Shown here one piece after another: positions 17,820-28,570 of a stretch of DNA of 64,000 nt. Below the pieces are notes generated by a model, which had not been told where the DNA came from, did no database searches, and was given only the letters and a program-made list of their open reading frames with translations. The position numbers and the translations under genes are program-made. Each line of letters opens with the position of its first letter. Position 1 is the stretch's first letter. The stretch is from NCBI GenBank assembly GCA_016875875.1, contig VGOP01000003.1:98687-162686 (forward strand), in the 5' to 3' direction. The stretch is from Chloroflexota bacterium (lineage in GTDB: Bacteria; Chloroflexota; Dehalococcoidia; GIF9; UBA5629).

Positions 17820-18692
17820 ATGACCAGCACCACTATTATCGCTGACAGCATTGCCTGCATTACAAAAAAGCAAGCCGAGGACTATGGGATTAGAATAATC
17901 CCGGTCAATATATTATTCAACGGCCACGTTTATCGAGACTTTATAGACCTGAGTTCAACTCAGGCCTATGAGTTTCTGGAAAAAGCTCCCGAATTCTGGA
18001 AAAGTTCCGCGCCTTCTCCTGAGGACTACCTTGAGGCCTACCGGGAACTCAGTAAGCATGCTCGTAGTATCCTAGTGGTCACCATATCCTCAAAACTGAG
18101 CATGTTCTACTGCAGTGCCCAAAATGCTAAAGAGATATTCAAGGAAGAGTCACCTCAAACTGCCATTGAAGTTCTTGACAGCGAAACCGTTGCCGCTGCT
18201 GAAGGTCTTATCGCTTTGGCAGCAGCCAGAGCAGCCGCCGAGGGTAAGTCTTTTGATGAAGTCATTTCCATAGCTAAAAAAGTTAAAGGACGGGTTAAAT
18301 TCGTTGGTCTTCTGGAAACCATTCGCCATGTCTATAGAACCGGAAGGATGCCTAAAGTTGCCTCTGAAATAGGCTCTATGCTTTCCATTAAGCCCATTCT
18401 AACCGGTTCCAATGGCAACATCCACTTCGCCGCCGCTGCTAGAACTAAACAGAGCGGGATTGAAAAAATGCTCAAGATAATGAGAAATCACGTAGTCAAT
18501 TCGGAGCCGGTCCACGTGGCGGTTATGCACGCTGACGCCTTGAAAGAAGCTGAAAAACTCAAGGAAAAGATAGCCGCTGAGTTCAACTGCGCTGAGCTCT
18601 TTATAACTGATTTCAGCCCCATTATGGGTTATGCCACCGGTCGGGGAACACTCGCTCTGGCTTATTACAAGGAAGACCGCTTTGATAAATGA
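17820..18692 (+). CDS. DegV family fatty-acid-binding protein
   Basis: DegV/EDD-fold sequence features (IIADSIACI..., ...SSKLS..., ...RHVYRTGRMPKV...). Confidence 0.8.
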   Translation: MTSTTIIADSIACITKKQAEDYGIRIIPVNILFNGHVYRDFIDLSSTQAYEFLEKAPEFWKSSAPSPEDYLEAYRELSKHARSILVVTISSKLSMFYCSAQNAKEIFKEESPQTAIEVLDSETVAAAEGLIALAAARAAAEGKSFDEVISIAKKVKGRVKFVGLLETIRHVYRTGRMPKVASEIGSMLSIKPILTGSNGNIHFAAAARTKQSGIEKMLKIMRNHVVNSEPVHVAVMHADALKEAEKLKEKIAAEFNCAELFITDFSPIMGYATGRGTLALAYYKEDRFDK

Positions 18693-19257
18693 GGTCATAG
18701 CAGTAGTTCTGGGTTATCTAATAGGCTCCATTCCTTCCGCTTACATTATCGGCCGTTTGATGGGGAAGATTGATGTGCGCCAGGAGGGTGATGGCCGTAT
18801 AAGCGCAGCGGCTGTCCACAGGAAGTTGGGTGTTGTTCCTTTTGTATTGGTTGTTGCAATGGATGTGGGCGAAGGAGCGCTAGCTGTATTGATTGCCAGT
18901 ATGCTCACTGAATCTCTTGTGGTAGTGATGATTGCCGGCTTTGCTGCAGTGGTCGGCCATAACTGGTCCGTCTTTTTGAAATTCAAAGGGGGGCTGGGGG
19001 CCACTACGATTTATGGAGTGCTTGTTTGCCTAGTATGGTGGCACTTTTTGATAGTGGCGGCGATAGCCTTCACACTCTTCTTGATCATACGAAAATCAGG
19101 GCTGAGCACTGCCATTTTAATTATTACGTTATCCATTGTTCTTTTGGTCCAGAGCTTGTTTCAGAACGCACCCCTTATTCTAGCAATATATCCTCTCATT
19201 CTTATTCTGCTCATGGTTCTAAAGCGTTTCCAGATAAGCAGAACAGGTCCCCGATGA
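18688..19257 (+). CDS. plsY: Glycerol-3-phosphate acyltransferase PlsY
   Basis: LGYLIGSIPSAYIIGRL...GHNWSVFLKFKGGLGATT, PlsY signature. The true start is probably a non-ATG codon just past the degV stop; the track ORF extends upstream in-frame. Confidence 0.75.
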   Translation, partial: NEVIAVVLGYLIGSIPSAYIIGRLMGKIDVRQEGDGRISAAAVHRKLGVVPFVLVVAMDVGEGALAVLIASMLTESLVVVMIAGFAAVVGHNWSVFLKFKGGLGATTIYGVLVCLVWWHFLIVAAIAFTLFLIIRKSGLSTAILIITLSIVLLVQSLFQNAPLILAIYPLILILLMVLKRFQISRTGPR

Positions 19258-19331
19258 CTCCTTACTGGAGAGATCAACTGAGAGGCCAGTTATTCAGTTA
19301 TTTCATGCCCCTCTATATCATGGTCTTAGCT

Positions 19332-21993
19332 CTAATAAGCCTGGCTGTAAATTTGCAGAACTTCATTCGGGTCACTGACAGGGCGCCCATTGAATAGGAC
19401 AGCCGTATCGGCAATAGCATGGAAGGCGCATATGGCCAGGTTCTCTTCCGGAACGCCCACGTCGCGCAGCCTCATCGGATGGCCCACTTTTGTCATCAGT
19501 GCTTCCACTGCGTCCGCTGCTGCCAGGGCGGCATCGCGCTCCGCCATGCCGCTGGTGTTAACGCCCAGGGCCTGTGCTACCTGAGCTAGTTTGTCAGCCG
19601 CGTGATCGACGTTGTACCGCATCACCTTCGGGAGCACTATGCCGCAAGCTGCCCCATGTGGGACATGGTATAGTGTCCCTATAGTATGCGCCATACCATG
19701 TGCCAGGCCGACCTGGGCCATGGTGAATGCCCAACCTGCCATGGTGGCTGCTAACTGCAAATTGAGCCGTGCCTTTTCATTCTCGCCATCGGCTACCACG
19801 AGCGGTAGGTTCTCGTGGATCAGGCGTATAGCCTGCAATGCTTGACCGTCACATATCTTGTTTGCCATGGTGCTTGTCATAGCCTCGATGGCATGTGTCA
19901 GGGCATCCATGGCGGTGGATACGGTTATATCCTTGGGGAAAAGACGTGGTGAAGCGCGGGTCCAGAATAGCCACATTTGGCATGATTCGTGTGTCGACTA
20001 TGAACAGTTTACGTCCCGCGCCTTTGCTTGTGAGTACGGCTATGCTTGTTACTTCACTGCCGGTTCCCGCTGTTGTTGGAATGGCGATATGAGGGGTTTG
20101 AGGCTCAGTGAGTACCAACATGTTCAGATGGTCATTCGCCTTGCCGCCGTTCTTTAAGGTCACACAGACCCCTTTGGCAGTATCGATAACGCTCCCACCA
20201 CCCACGCTTACGATACAGTCCGCCTTCAGTTCGCGGGCCATGGCAGTGGCCGCATCTACTGTTTCCAGATCGGGATCCGACGGGATATTGTCATAGATAC
20301 CCACGCAGAAATCCGCAAGGGCATTCTTCGCCAGCTCAGCCAGCCCGGCCTGCCTTACGCCGGGATCGGTAAGAATCAAAGCCCTGCGGCAGCCAAGATC
20401 CGCAACTGCCTTGTAGATTGAGCTCAGAGCTCCGTGGCCAGCGACTACATTAGTCGGACAGTTGTACGAAAAACCGTCTACCTTTTTATAGTCCGACATA
20501 AGTTGAAAGGAGATATTCGTCTTATGGTCGGCCAGGGCGGACACATGTATTCTCTTGATCTGGGTATATTCATGTAATCCCGCGAGCCCCAGCTCACGTC
20601 CTACGCCGGACTGCTTATACCCACCAAAGGGGCAGAAATCGGCAAAGACGTGGTAATTGTTTATCCACATTGTTCCGGTACGTACCCCGCGGGCTACACG
20701 CTCGGCCCTGGCGGTGTTAGAAGAAAATACCCCTCCTCCCAGGCCATAAATGGAGTCATTGGCAATTGCCACTGCTTCTTCATCGCTGTCGTATTTTATA
20801 ACACAGACAACTGGGCCAAAGATCTCTTCCTGCGCGATACGCATTTTGTTGTTCACGTTGGCGAAAATGGTGGGAGCATAGTAGAATCCGCCATTGATTC
20901 CTTTAACCTCGACGCGTTTTCCACCTGTGATCAGTTCCGCTCCCTCTTCATTACCCATTTTGACGTAACGTTCGACTGTGGCCAATTGCGTCTTGCTGAC
21001 AAGAGGCCCCATGTGCGAGTTAGGGTCCATCTGGTATCCGATGCGGATAGATTCAGCTCGCTTTTTCATCTTGTCGAGGAACTCATCATATATCTTTGAT
21101 GAGACTAGTACGCGTGTACCTGATTCGCATATCTGTCCCTGGTGGAAGAAGGTGCCGAAAACGGCGCCCTCTACGGCCAGGTCCATATCAGCATCGTCAA
21201 GTATGATATTGGCCGATTTACCGCCGAGCTCGAGTGTCACTTTTTTCACCGTGTCGGATGCCAGTCTCATGATTTCACGTCCGACTTCCGTGCTGCCGGT
21301 AAAGGCTATCTTGCCCACATCGGGGTGGGTACAGAGAATTTTGCCCAGCTCTCCCCCTGGTCCGGTTATGACATTTACCACCCCGTTGGGAATGCCGGCC
21401 GCTTTGGCGGCTTCAGCAATGATAAGTGCGCTCAATGGGGTTGCCGAAGCCGGTTTCAAAACGATGGTATTTCCCATTACGAGGGCAGGGGCGATTTTCC
21501 AGAAAGCCATGGTCATGGGGAAGTTCCAGGGAATGATTCCCACGCATACGCCAATTGGCTCCCTGCGGATAAATTCACGGCCCGGTGCAAATACATTCCC
21601 TGAGATCTGGATCTCTTCCTCCCAGGGAAATTTTGTGGCCGCTACTAGACTCAGATTGCGCAATAACCCGATGCCGAGCAAGGGCCCGAACTTGGCGAGT
21701 CCCATGATCTGGTCTGAATCCATGCATTCAGTTGCAGCCAGACGTAGCCCCTGCTGTGCTACCTGGTCGGCAAAATCCTGAATTTTTGCCATACGGGCCA
21801 CCGGGGACAACCCGCTCCAGCCCCCGCTGTCGAAAGCCTTACGTGAGGCGGCTATAGCCGCCTCTGCATCAGCCTTTCCCGCTTGTGCTACTGTTGCTAT
21901 AGGAGCTTCAGTGCCAGGGTCGATCGATTCGAAGGTCTTTCCGTCTGCGGCGTCGACAAATTCTCCATCAATAAACAGTTTATATTGCTCCAT
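19332..21993 (-). pseudogene. AdhE-like bifunctional aldehyde dehydrogenase / iron-containing alcohol dehydrogenase, interrupted by a frameshift
   Basis: N-terminal ~490 aa is NAD-ALDH superfamily. The Fe-ADH domain follows (GGGSVIDTAKG...), but the frame breaks at ~19930-19945 within a T4/C4 run (coding strand cgtcttttccccaagg). The downstream frame continues the ADH (DITVSTAMDALTHAIEA...HVPHGAACGIVLP...). Track ORFs 19849..21993 and 19332..19976. Confidence 0.6.
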
Positions 21994-22030
21994 TTGAACC
22001 CTCCCTATGATTTATTTTTTAAGTTTCAGG

Positions 22031-22372
22031 TCAAATCTTAATGTCACTGACACCGAAACCATCCCACTCGCTTATAGGTTTGCTTGATGTGAGAACAAAT
22101 CCTTTTCTCTCCCTTTCATCCACGTAGGAGATGGTTACTTCACCAACAAGCTGGTAAGTATCGGGATTGATAACGAATGTCAGGCCTTCTAATTCTACGG
22201 TCAAATCCGTCTCAAGGATATTGTCCACGCGCAGACATAGTGAGGCATCGCAGCATCCGCTAAAATTGGTATCGATGCGAATAGGCTGCTGGGTACCTTT
22301 ATCGGCTAGAAATGCTCTGATGGCATGGCTTACGCCTGGCTCCAGCTTGACTATGGAAATTTCTCTTTTCAC
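22031..22372 (-). CDS. HesB/IscA-like fold protein lacking the C-terminal CGC motif (hypothetical)
   Basis: IRIDTNFSGCCDASLCLRVDN resembles the IscA (L)RV.V.GGGCSGF.Y block, but the C-terminus (..GFGVSDIKI) has no Cys pair. Confidence 0.35.
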   Translation of the reverse strand: MKREISIVKLEPGVSHAIRAFLADKGTQQPIRIDTNFSGCCDASLCLRVDNILETDLTVELEGLTFVINPDTYQLVGEVTISYVDERERKGFVLTSSKPISEWDGFGVSDIKI

Positions 22373-22466
22373 TCCTTTTTTATACCATCAGGAGCAATTG
22401 TAGCACGTTATAGAGCGAACTTTAAGAGACTGTTTTCATCAGCACCACCAACTCTAAATACCAATA

Positions 22467-23465
22467 CTATTCTGATGCGTAGTGGCCATTTTTGATGGCT
22501 TCGACTATACCCTGTCGTGCAGCGTGATAGGCCAAGTATATAGCGCTTTTGATGGCTTTGGCCCGACTACGGCCATGAGCTATGACGATGTTTCCTTCTA
22601 GCCCCAGTAAACATCCTCCACCGTATTCTTTGTAGTCCAGATTCTTAACAGTCGCGGTCAGTTGTACATACTGTGCTAGGGCAGCTCCCGTGAGGTAACG
22701 GTCGATTTTAGCGGCTTGCCCCAGCTCCAGCAAACTCTGGACAACTTGCGAGTATCCTTCTATAGTCTTAATCAATACGTTCCCGGTGAAGCCATCAGTA
22801 ACAATTACATCAGCTTTCCCATGGAGGACATCAAAACCTTCTATATTGCCGATGAAATTCAAATCGGTCTTTTTTATGAGCTGATGGGCCTCTTTGGCCA
22901 GAGTGCTGCCCTTAAGTTCCTCTGAGCCAACGTTTAGTAATCCCACTCGTGGTGAGCTTATATCAAGAACCTGTTCAGCTAGAATGTTGGCGATCTGGGC
23001 AAATTGAACCAGAAAGATGGGGCGACAGTTGACATTGACCCCAGAATCAATAATTAGAGTCGGCTGAGGTTGGTTAAGGTAGGCTACGGCACACACTGCC
23101 AACCGCTGGACGCCCTCTACTGCCTTTAGATTGAGAAATGAGGCGACTACAGCGGCTCCCGTGCTACCAGCGGAGATGAAGCCGTCGGCGATACCATCTT
23201 TTACCAGCCTGGCTCCGACCACTACTGACGAATCCGGCTTATTTTGGACTCCCTGTATTGGATCCTCATCTTGCTCGACGACCTGGCTCGCCTCGATAAT
23301 GCTAATATTCGGTTTTCTTGAATAACGCCGAAGCAACATCTCAAGCACAGGTTTGTTACCGACTAGCGCGATATCTATCGGGAACTCTCTAGCTGCTTCT
23401 ATGGCCCCTTTAATCACTTCCCGGGGAGCGTAGTCACCGCCCATAGCATCTACAGCAATTAGCAA
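22467..23465 (-). CDS. plsX: Phosphate acyltransferase PlsX
   Basis: MLIAVDAMGGDYAP... and overall PlsX architecture. Confidence 0.85.
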   Translation of the reverse strand: MLIAVDAMGGDYAPREVIKGAIEAAREFPIDIALVGNKPVLEMLLRRYSRKPNISIIEASQVVEQDEDPIQGVQNKPDSSVVVGARLVKDGIADGFISAGSTGAAVVASFLNLKAVEGVQRLAVCAVAYLNQPQPTLIIDSGVNVNCRPIFLVQFAQIANILAEQVLDISSPRVGLLNVGSEELKGSTLAKEAHQLIKKTDLNFIGNIEGFDVLHGKADVIVTDGFTGNVLIKTIEGYSQVVQSLLELGQAAKIDRYLTGAALAQYVQLTATVKNLDYKEYGGGCLLGLEGNIVIAHGRSRAKAIKSAIYLAYHAARQGIVEAIKNGHYASE

Positions 23466-23639
23466 TTCATTTACCTCCTATATCAAAAGGCCATGATCTT
23501 CAGTGCCCTACTGGATGGTTGAAGACTTTAGCGAGTTCTCCCTGTTTTGTCAAGGACGGGCGTCCTACATTTTTGAAAAGCTGAAGGCAAAAGTCTATAA
23601 TTCACCAGGTTTTGGGATAAAGGTGCGAAAACTAAGACG

Positions 23640-23984
23640 GTGCACGAATTAGTCATAACGCAGAACATACTGGATATCGTCCTAAAAGAGGCAAAAGCAG
23701 CTCCGGCAAATAAGGTCACCAAGATAAATCTGGTCATCGGTGAGCTATCAGGGGTCGTCAGCGATTCCGTCCTTTTCTACTTCGATTTTCTCAAGAAAGG
23801 TAATGCAGCTGAGGGAGCCACCCTCGATTTTAAACTGGTGCCGGCAGAACTGCGGTGTCGAGACTGCCTGATTGCCTTTAATCCAAAAGACTCCGCATGG
23901 ATTTGTCCGGATTGCCAGGGAACCAATCTTGAGGTGATTAGCGGGCAAGAGTGCCGCGTAGAAAGTATAGAGGTCGAACAATGA
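23640..23984 (+). CDS. hypA: Hydrogenase nickel-insertion protein HypA
   Basis: MHE N-terminus (Ni site) and C-terminal zinc site CRDC...CPDC. Confidence 0.85.
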   Translation: MHELVITQNILDIVLKEAKAAPANKVTKINLVIGELSGVVSDSVLFYFDFLKKGNAAEGATLDFKLVPAELRCRDCLIAFNPKDSAWICPDCQGTNLEVISGQECRVESIEVEQ

Positions 23985-25129
23985 AGACACCGGATTTAAT
24001 AGTTAAGGGGAAAGATAATGGAGAAGGTATGGTCATCCATTATAAGACCACTAAAGGAACCGATGTCTTCGGATTGGCCATACCTAACATATACACCCAT
24101 GCCGATTGGGACCTTGGGCCTACCTGGTGTTATTTAGTCGTTGGCCAGAAGACTACCTTGATAGACACTGGCCGGCTCGGTAACTTCGAGGTTTTTGGGA
24201 TTCTTCTAAAGTCAATAGGCAAGGGATTTTCGGATATCGATAGAACCGTCGTCACCCACAGCCACGAAGACCATGATGGTAATGTGGTTGAAATAATCTC
24301 CGCAACGCAGACTGAATTATGGGCCCACGCAATTTACCGCCAGATGATTTCCTATCACCCCCACATAAAAGAAGGCGCCCTGCATCCTGAGCTGCCCGGT
24401 TCTTGCCGTTTCTGCAGAATGCCTGAAACCTTCTACAAGAACTGCTTACCATACCATAAGGCAAGAAGTTCGTTGAAAATTGACTTTAATATCGAGGATG
24501 ACCAAGAGCTGCCAGACGACGCCCTTAGCTTCGTCTTTACCCCGGGGCACACCCCCGACTCGATCTGCATCGTTTTGGAGGATGAGGCTATATTTACCGG
24601 TGATACCTTACTGCCTGACATCACCTCTCAGCCTTCCCTGGCATATGCCTTCGAAGTCAATCGCCGGATCTTACCAGAAGGGTATCGCCGAAGAAACAAT
24701 GTTTACGGGCTAATGAACTATATCAAATCTTTAAGCAAGATAGCCCATCTTGCCTCACAGCCCCTTAAAGCTACCTTTCCCGCCCATCGCCTGTTCTATA
24801 ACGGTCGGTTCAACCTTCTTGGTAGTGCCGAGCGAGCTAAGGAAATTATCCAGTTTCATATTGACCGCTGTGGCGATATCTTGGAAATTATTGATGACAA
24901 ACCGGCTGGCATAAAAGATATCGCCGTCCAGCATTTTCCTCCTTCGCGGCTTGCTGGCATGGGAAAAGCATTAGCGGAAAACGAAATCAGGGCTCATATC
25001 GAAATTATGGAGGCGTGTGGCGATATCTGTTGGACTGGCGAAAACAAAAAGCTAGTCCAGCGCACCGGGTCGAAAAATTCCCTAGATTCCATAGGGGCGT
25101 ATTTGCGCTCATCACCATCGAACCGCTAG
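23981..25129 (+). CDS. MBL-fold metallo-hydrolase
   Basis: HSHEDHDG motif (HxHxDH), downstream ...TPGHTPDS...; ATG overlaps the hypA stop (ATGA). Confidence 0.75.
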   Translation: MKTPDLIVKGKDNGEGMVIHYKTTKGTDVFGLAIPNIYTHADWDLGPTWCYLVVGQKTTLIDTGRLGNFEVFGILLKSIGKGFSDIDRTVVTHSHEDHDGNVVEIISATQTELWAHAIYRQMISYHPHIKEGALHPELPGSCRFCRMPETFYKNCLPYHKARSSLKIDFNIEDDQELPDDALSFVFTPGHTPDSICIVLEDEAIFTGDTLLPDITSQPSLAYAFEVNRRILPEGYRRRNNVYGLMNYIKSLSKIAHLASQPLKATFPAHRLFYNGRFNLLGSAERAKEIIQFHIDRCGDILEIIDDKPAGIKDIAVQHFPPSRLAGMGKALAENEIRAHIEIMEACGDICWTGENKKLVQRTGSKNSLDSIGAYLRSSPSNR

Positions 25130-26208
25130 GTCCACCTCTTAATAGTATGTACCGCAGTGGCTTTAAAGCTGGCGTAAACTTTCTTGCCGATGTCAAGGTC
25201 TAGCTCTTCCGCTGACATCTTTGTTACCACGCCCAGCAAATTAAAGCCGCAATCTACCTCGATTCTCAACAGCGGTCCCACCGGGGTCATTCTGGTTACC
25301 TTCCCTTGAAACGTGTTTCTGGCACTGGTCCTGCCTTTTGCCAGTGTGAAGGTTATGTCTTCGGGCCTGATGAGGGCATAAACCGCCTCGCCGATTTCAC
25401 AATCAGAGACAGCCTGGATGGTGCTATCATTCACTTGTATGGTTACCAGATTGTCATCTTTCTCCACTATTACTCCGTTCAGGATGTTTTCTACGCCAAC
25501 GAACTCAGCCACCTCCATATTCTTGGGGGCACAGAATATTTCGTTGGGGCTGCCTATTTGCAGTATCTCGCCACCTATGAGCACGCCGATTTTGTCGGCA
25601 AGGCGTTGCCCCTGTGACATATCGTGGGTAGCCATTATCACAGTTACTCTTTGCTCCTGGATGATGTTGCTTAAGACTTTCTCTACTTGTGATGCCGAGA
25701 CGGGGTCCAGGTTGGCGGTAGGCTCGTCCAAAAAGAGTACCTCCGGCTGTGTAACCAGAGCACGGGCTATGGCAACCCGCTGCGTCTCGCCTCCGGAGAG
25801 TGTTTTGGCGTTTCTGTTTTTGTATTCGGCCAGATTGACAAGCTCCAGCGCATTATCCACCTTCTTGCGGATAATATCATGCGCCTCCCGTCTCCATCTA
25901 AGGCCACAAGCGACATTATCGTAGACGCTCATGGTGAACACTATTGGCTTCTGCTGCACAAATGCCATCCTGCGGCGTGTCTCTAATCTGTGCTTCCCAG
26001 AAAGGGTCACATCCACGCCCTCGAAATAAATTTTTCCTGAAGTGGGCACCTCAAGAAAGTCTAACAGTCTGAGCAATGTCGTTTTGCCGGCACCTGTGGG
26101 ACCAATTAGACCAAAAGCTTCGCCCCTGTTGACCCCCAGGTTTGCATCTTTTAAGACCGGGCATCCATCGTATTTGTGCCCCAGGCTCACGGTTTCCAGT
26201 AAAGCCAT
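25126..26208 (-). CDS. ABC transporter ATP-binding protein with C-terminal TOBE domain (tungstate/molybdate type, TupC/ModC-like)
   Basis: Walker A GPTGAGKTT, signature LSGGETQR, Walker B LFLDEPT, C-terminal TOBE-like beta-rich domain. Confidence 0.8.
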   Translation of the reverse strand: MALLETVSLGHKYDGCPVLKDANLGVNRGEAFGLIGPTGAGKTTLLRLLDFLEVPTSGKIYFEGVDVTLSGKHRLETRRRMAFVQQKPIVFTMSVYDNVACGLRWRREAHDIIRKKVDNALELVNLAEYKNRNAKTLSGGETQRVAIARALVTQPEVLFLDEPTANLDPVSASQVEKVLSNIIQEQRVTVIMATHDMSQGQRLADKIGVLIGGEILQIGSPNEIFCAPKNMEVAEFVGVENILNGVIVEKDDNLVTIQVNDSTIQAVSDCEIGEAVYALIRPEDITFTLAKGRTSARNTFQGKVTRMTPVGPLLRIEVDCGFNLLGVVTKMSAEELDLDIGKKVYASFKATAVHTIKRWT

Positions 26209-26901
26209 CTATTTCCACCTCTGCTGCAGTCTACTGAAAGCGAAATTGATGATTAGCGCCAGACTGATCAGTATTATTCCGAGCGCGATAGACAGCACTA
26301 TATCTCCCTTCGACGTTTCCAAAGAAATAGCCGTGGTCATTACCCTGGTGTATCCACGTATGTTACCACCTACCATCAAAGCCAGACCGACTTCTGATAT
26401 AGCTCTCCCAAATCCCATTATTAGAGCAGAATAAATGGCATATCTGGCTTCTCGTATGACAATGGTTGTCGCCTGAAATTGACTGGCGCCGATGGCTACT
26501 GCCGTTTCATGTGCAGCTTTGTCCACACCACTTAAAGCAGCTATCACCAGCCCCAGCATTATCGGCGATATAAGTATTACTTGACCTATTATCATGACTT
26601 GAGGTGTGAATAGAAGCTCCAGGAAACCCAATGGTCCAGACCGAGAGAAAAGCAGAAATACAATTAAGCCGACCGCCACCGTGGGCACACTATAGAAAGT
26701 CTGTATCAAATTTATCAGAGTTCTCTTACCACGGAAATTGTTGAAATGAATCAGGCTACCCAGAGGTAAACACATTAAAGCGGCGATAATGGTTGAAGAA
26801 ATAGAGATGGCCAGCGTTCTGCCGGTTATCTCCAGGACTTCGGGGTCAAGCGTGACAATAAGCTGGATTGCTTTTAGAAATCCTTGCCATATTTCAGCCA
26901 A
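26209..26901 (-). CDS. ABC transporter permease (TupB/ModB-like)
   Basis: Six-TM permease with EAA-like loop; start coupled to the ATPase gene. Confidence 0.75.
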   Translation of the reverse strand: MAEIWQGFLKAIQLIVTLDPEVLEITGRTLAISISSTIIAALMCLPLGSLIHFNNFRGKRTLINLIQTFYSVPTVAVGLIVFLLFSRSGPLGFLELLFTPQVMIIGQVILISPIMLGLVIAALSGVDKAAHETAVAIGASQFQATTIVIREARYAIYSALIMGFGRAISEVGLALMVGGNIRGYTRVMTTAISLETSKGDIVLSIALGIILISLALIINFAFSRLQQRWK

Positions 26902-26975
26902 TTCGTACTACCACCTTGGATGTTTATACCATCTACGTAGTGAGGCAGACATGGCCCGGGCTCTCTGTAAACCTG

Positions 26976-27941
26976 TTACGGAACTGGTTTTGTATATTCT
27001 TCATGTGACGGGCAACCTTCTATCTTGCAGCCACCATCGGCCAGCGGGAAGAAAAGAGACCTGCCGTATTCGGCTTTGCCATAAGTCCCGATTAAATTCT
27101 GGATTTCGGCTGAAATGAGCCAGTTGATGAACTTGTTGGCAATATCTAGGTTAATAACCTTTGTCGTGTCAGGATTGGCGGCGATAGCTGCATATACGTT
27201 GAGGAACACAGGGTCTTCCTCTACTATTGGTACAATGGTTAAGTTAGTTTTTTTTGTATAGGCGAGAAATGTGGATATGTCCGCAAGTACATATGCCTGC
27301 TCTTCGTTAGACATCAGCAGGGTGGGCCCCATTCCTTTGCCAGCTTCTATATGCCATTTGCCAGACTTCTCAACATCCTCGTATTTGTACCCGGCTTTGC
27401 TCCAGATAAGTTTTTCCTTGGAGTGAGTCCCGGAGTTGTCACCTCTGGAAATAAACTTGACGGTGTTCGGGTCATTCATCCCTGCCTGATATATCTTCTT
27501 AAAGGCCTCGGTTGCTGTTGCGCCTTTAATTCCAGCCGGGTCACCGGCCGGGCCGGCAATAAGAAAGAAATTATAAGCAAAGTTCCTCCGGTTAATTCCG
27601 TAACCTTCAGCAATGAACTTGTCTTCAGCGGCACGGTCATGAACAATCACCGCGTCCACGTCACCTCTCCTGCCATATTCAAGTGCTATTCCTGTGCCCG
27701 CATAGATGATATCCATTTCTACATCAGCATATTCCTCAAACATGGGCTCTAAATAGTACCATAACCCCGTGTCGTATAGACTGGTCGTGGTAGCAATTTT
27801 GAACCTTGTTTCGGGGGCATGAACTGGATATTGCGGAGTTGGTGGTTCAGATTGGGTAGAAGGTGCACATCCAATCAACAGTGAGAGCAACACCGCTATT
27901 GTGGTAAAGATTGTTAATTTCCTGAAAAACCTTTTGTTCAT
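26976..27941 (-). CDS. Tungstate ABC transporter substrate-binding lipoprotein (TupA-like)
   Basis: Lipoprotein signal (..LLIGC), conserved TTTS motif (FKIATTTSLYDTGL) characteristic of TupA; strong SD AAGGAGGA. Confidence 0.7.
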   Translation of the reverse strand: MNKRFFRKLTIFTTIAVLLSLLIGCAPSTQSEPPTPQYPVHAPETRFKIATTTSLYDTGLWYYLEPMFEEYADVEMDIIYAGTGIALEYGRRGDVDAVIVHDRAAEDKFIAEGYGINRRNFAYNFFLIAGPAGDPAGIKGATATEAFKKIYQAGMNDPNTVKFISRGDNSGTHSKEKLIWSKAGYKYEDVEKSGKWHIEAGKGMGPTLLMSNEEQAYVLADISTFLAYTKKTNLTIVPIVEEDPVFLNVYAAIAANPDTTKVINLDIANKFINWLISAEIQNLIGTYGKAEYGRSLFFPLADGGCKIEGCPSHEEYTKPVP

Positions 27942-28570
27942 TGTCTATCCTCCTTATCACTTTTTTATAACTAGCTGTAATGCTTTCCGATACGAAGCTG
28001 ACACAGTTTGCTCCAATTTATGCCGAAGTGGAGGCGACTTATTAATGGCTAGCAGTTGTCCGTTGTGCCAGTGACAGCTAGATATTCTGTCATAGCCAAG
28101 ACAAAGAAGTGAACCTTGTAGAGTTGAAAGAGAGTCAGGGGCGAAAGCGTAAAAATATGAACGATTTCTGATCCAAAAATAAAACGCCACCGTTACCAGG
28201 GCGCTTTTAATATCAACGTAACTTAGTTTCAATTCGGCTCTCCTTTCCAAACATGGGAGGCGTCACCGTTTCCAGTGGCACCCTATCGGCCGATGCCCTT
28301 GGCTATTCCTTTAGGACAAAAGGCTCGGAAAGCTATTATTAAACTGGCGGCATTATAACATGAAATTTTTCAGCTTACAATTTCCCTTTTTAACTCCATA
28401 ACTGCAGGAGAGGGAGAGGCGATTTTCCCCTCCTGGATTTGAGAGACTAAGTGATGGTGCATTTTTTATAGAAATTCCAAAGTAAATACAGTGCGTCAAT
28501 CTCCATGCGATGATTGCCAAGCATTAAAGTTAGTGCTAATATTGTCGACAATATTCTTAATAGGATATTA

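Noticed and set aside
27957-28250. 97-aa ORF upstream of tupA
   Set aside because: No SD and no recognisable motifs, and it sits in the likely tupA leader/promoter region. It is more plausibly non-coding (possible riboswitch region, see findings).
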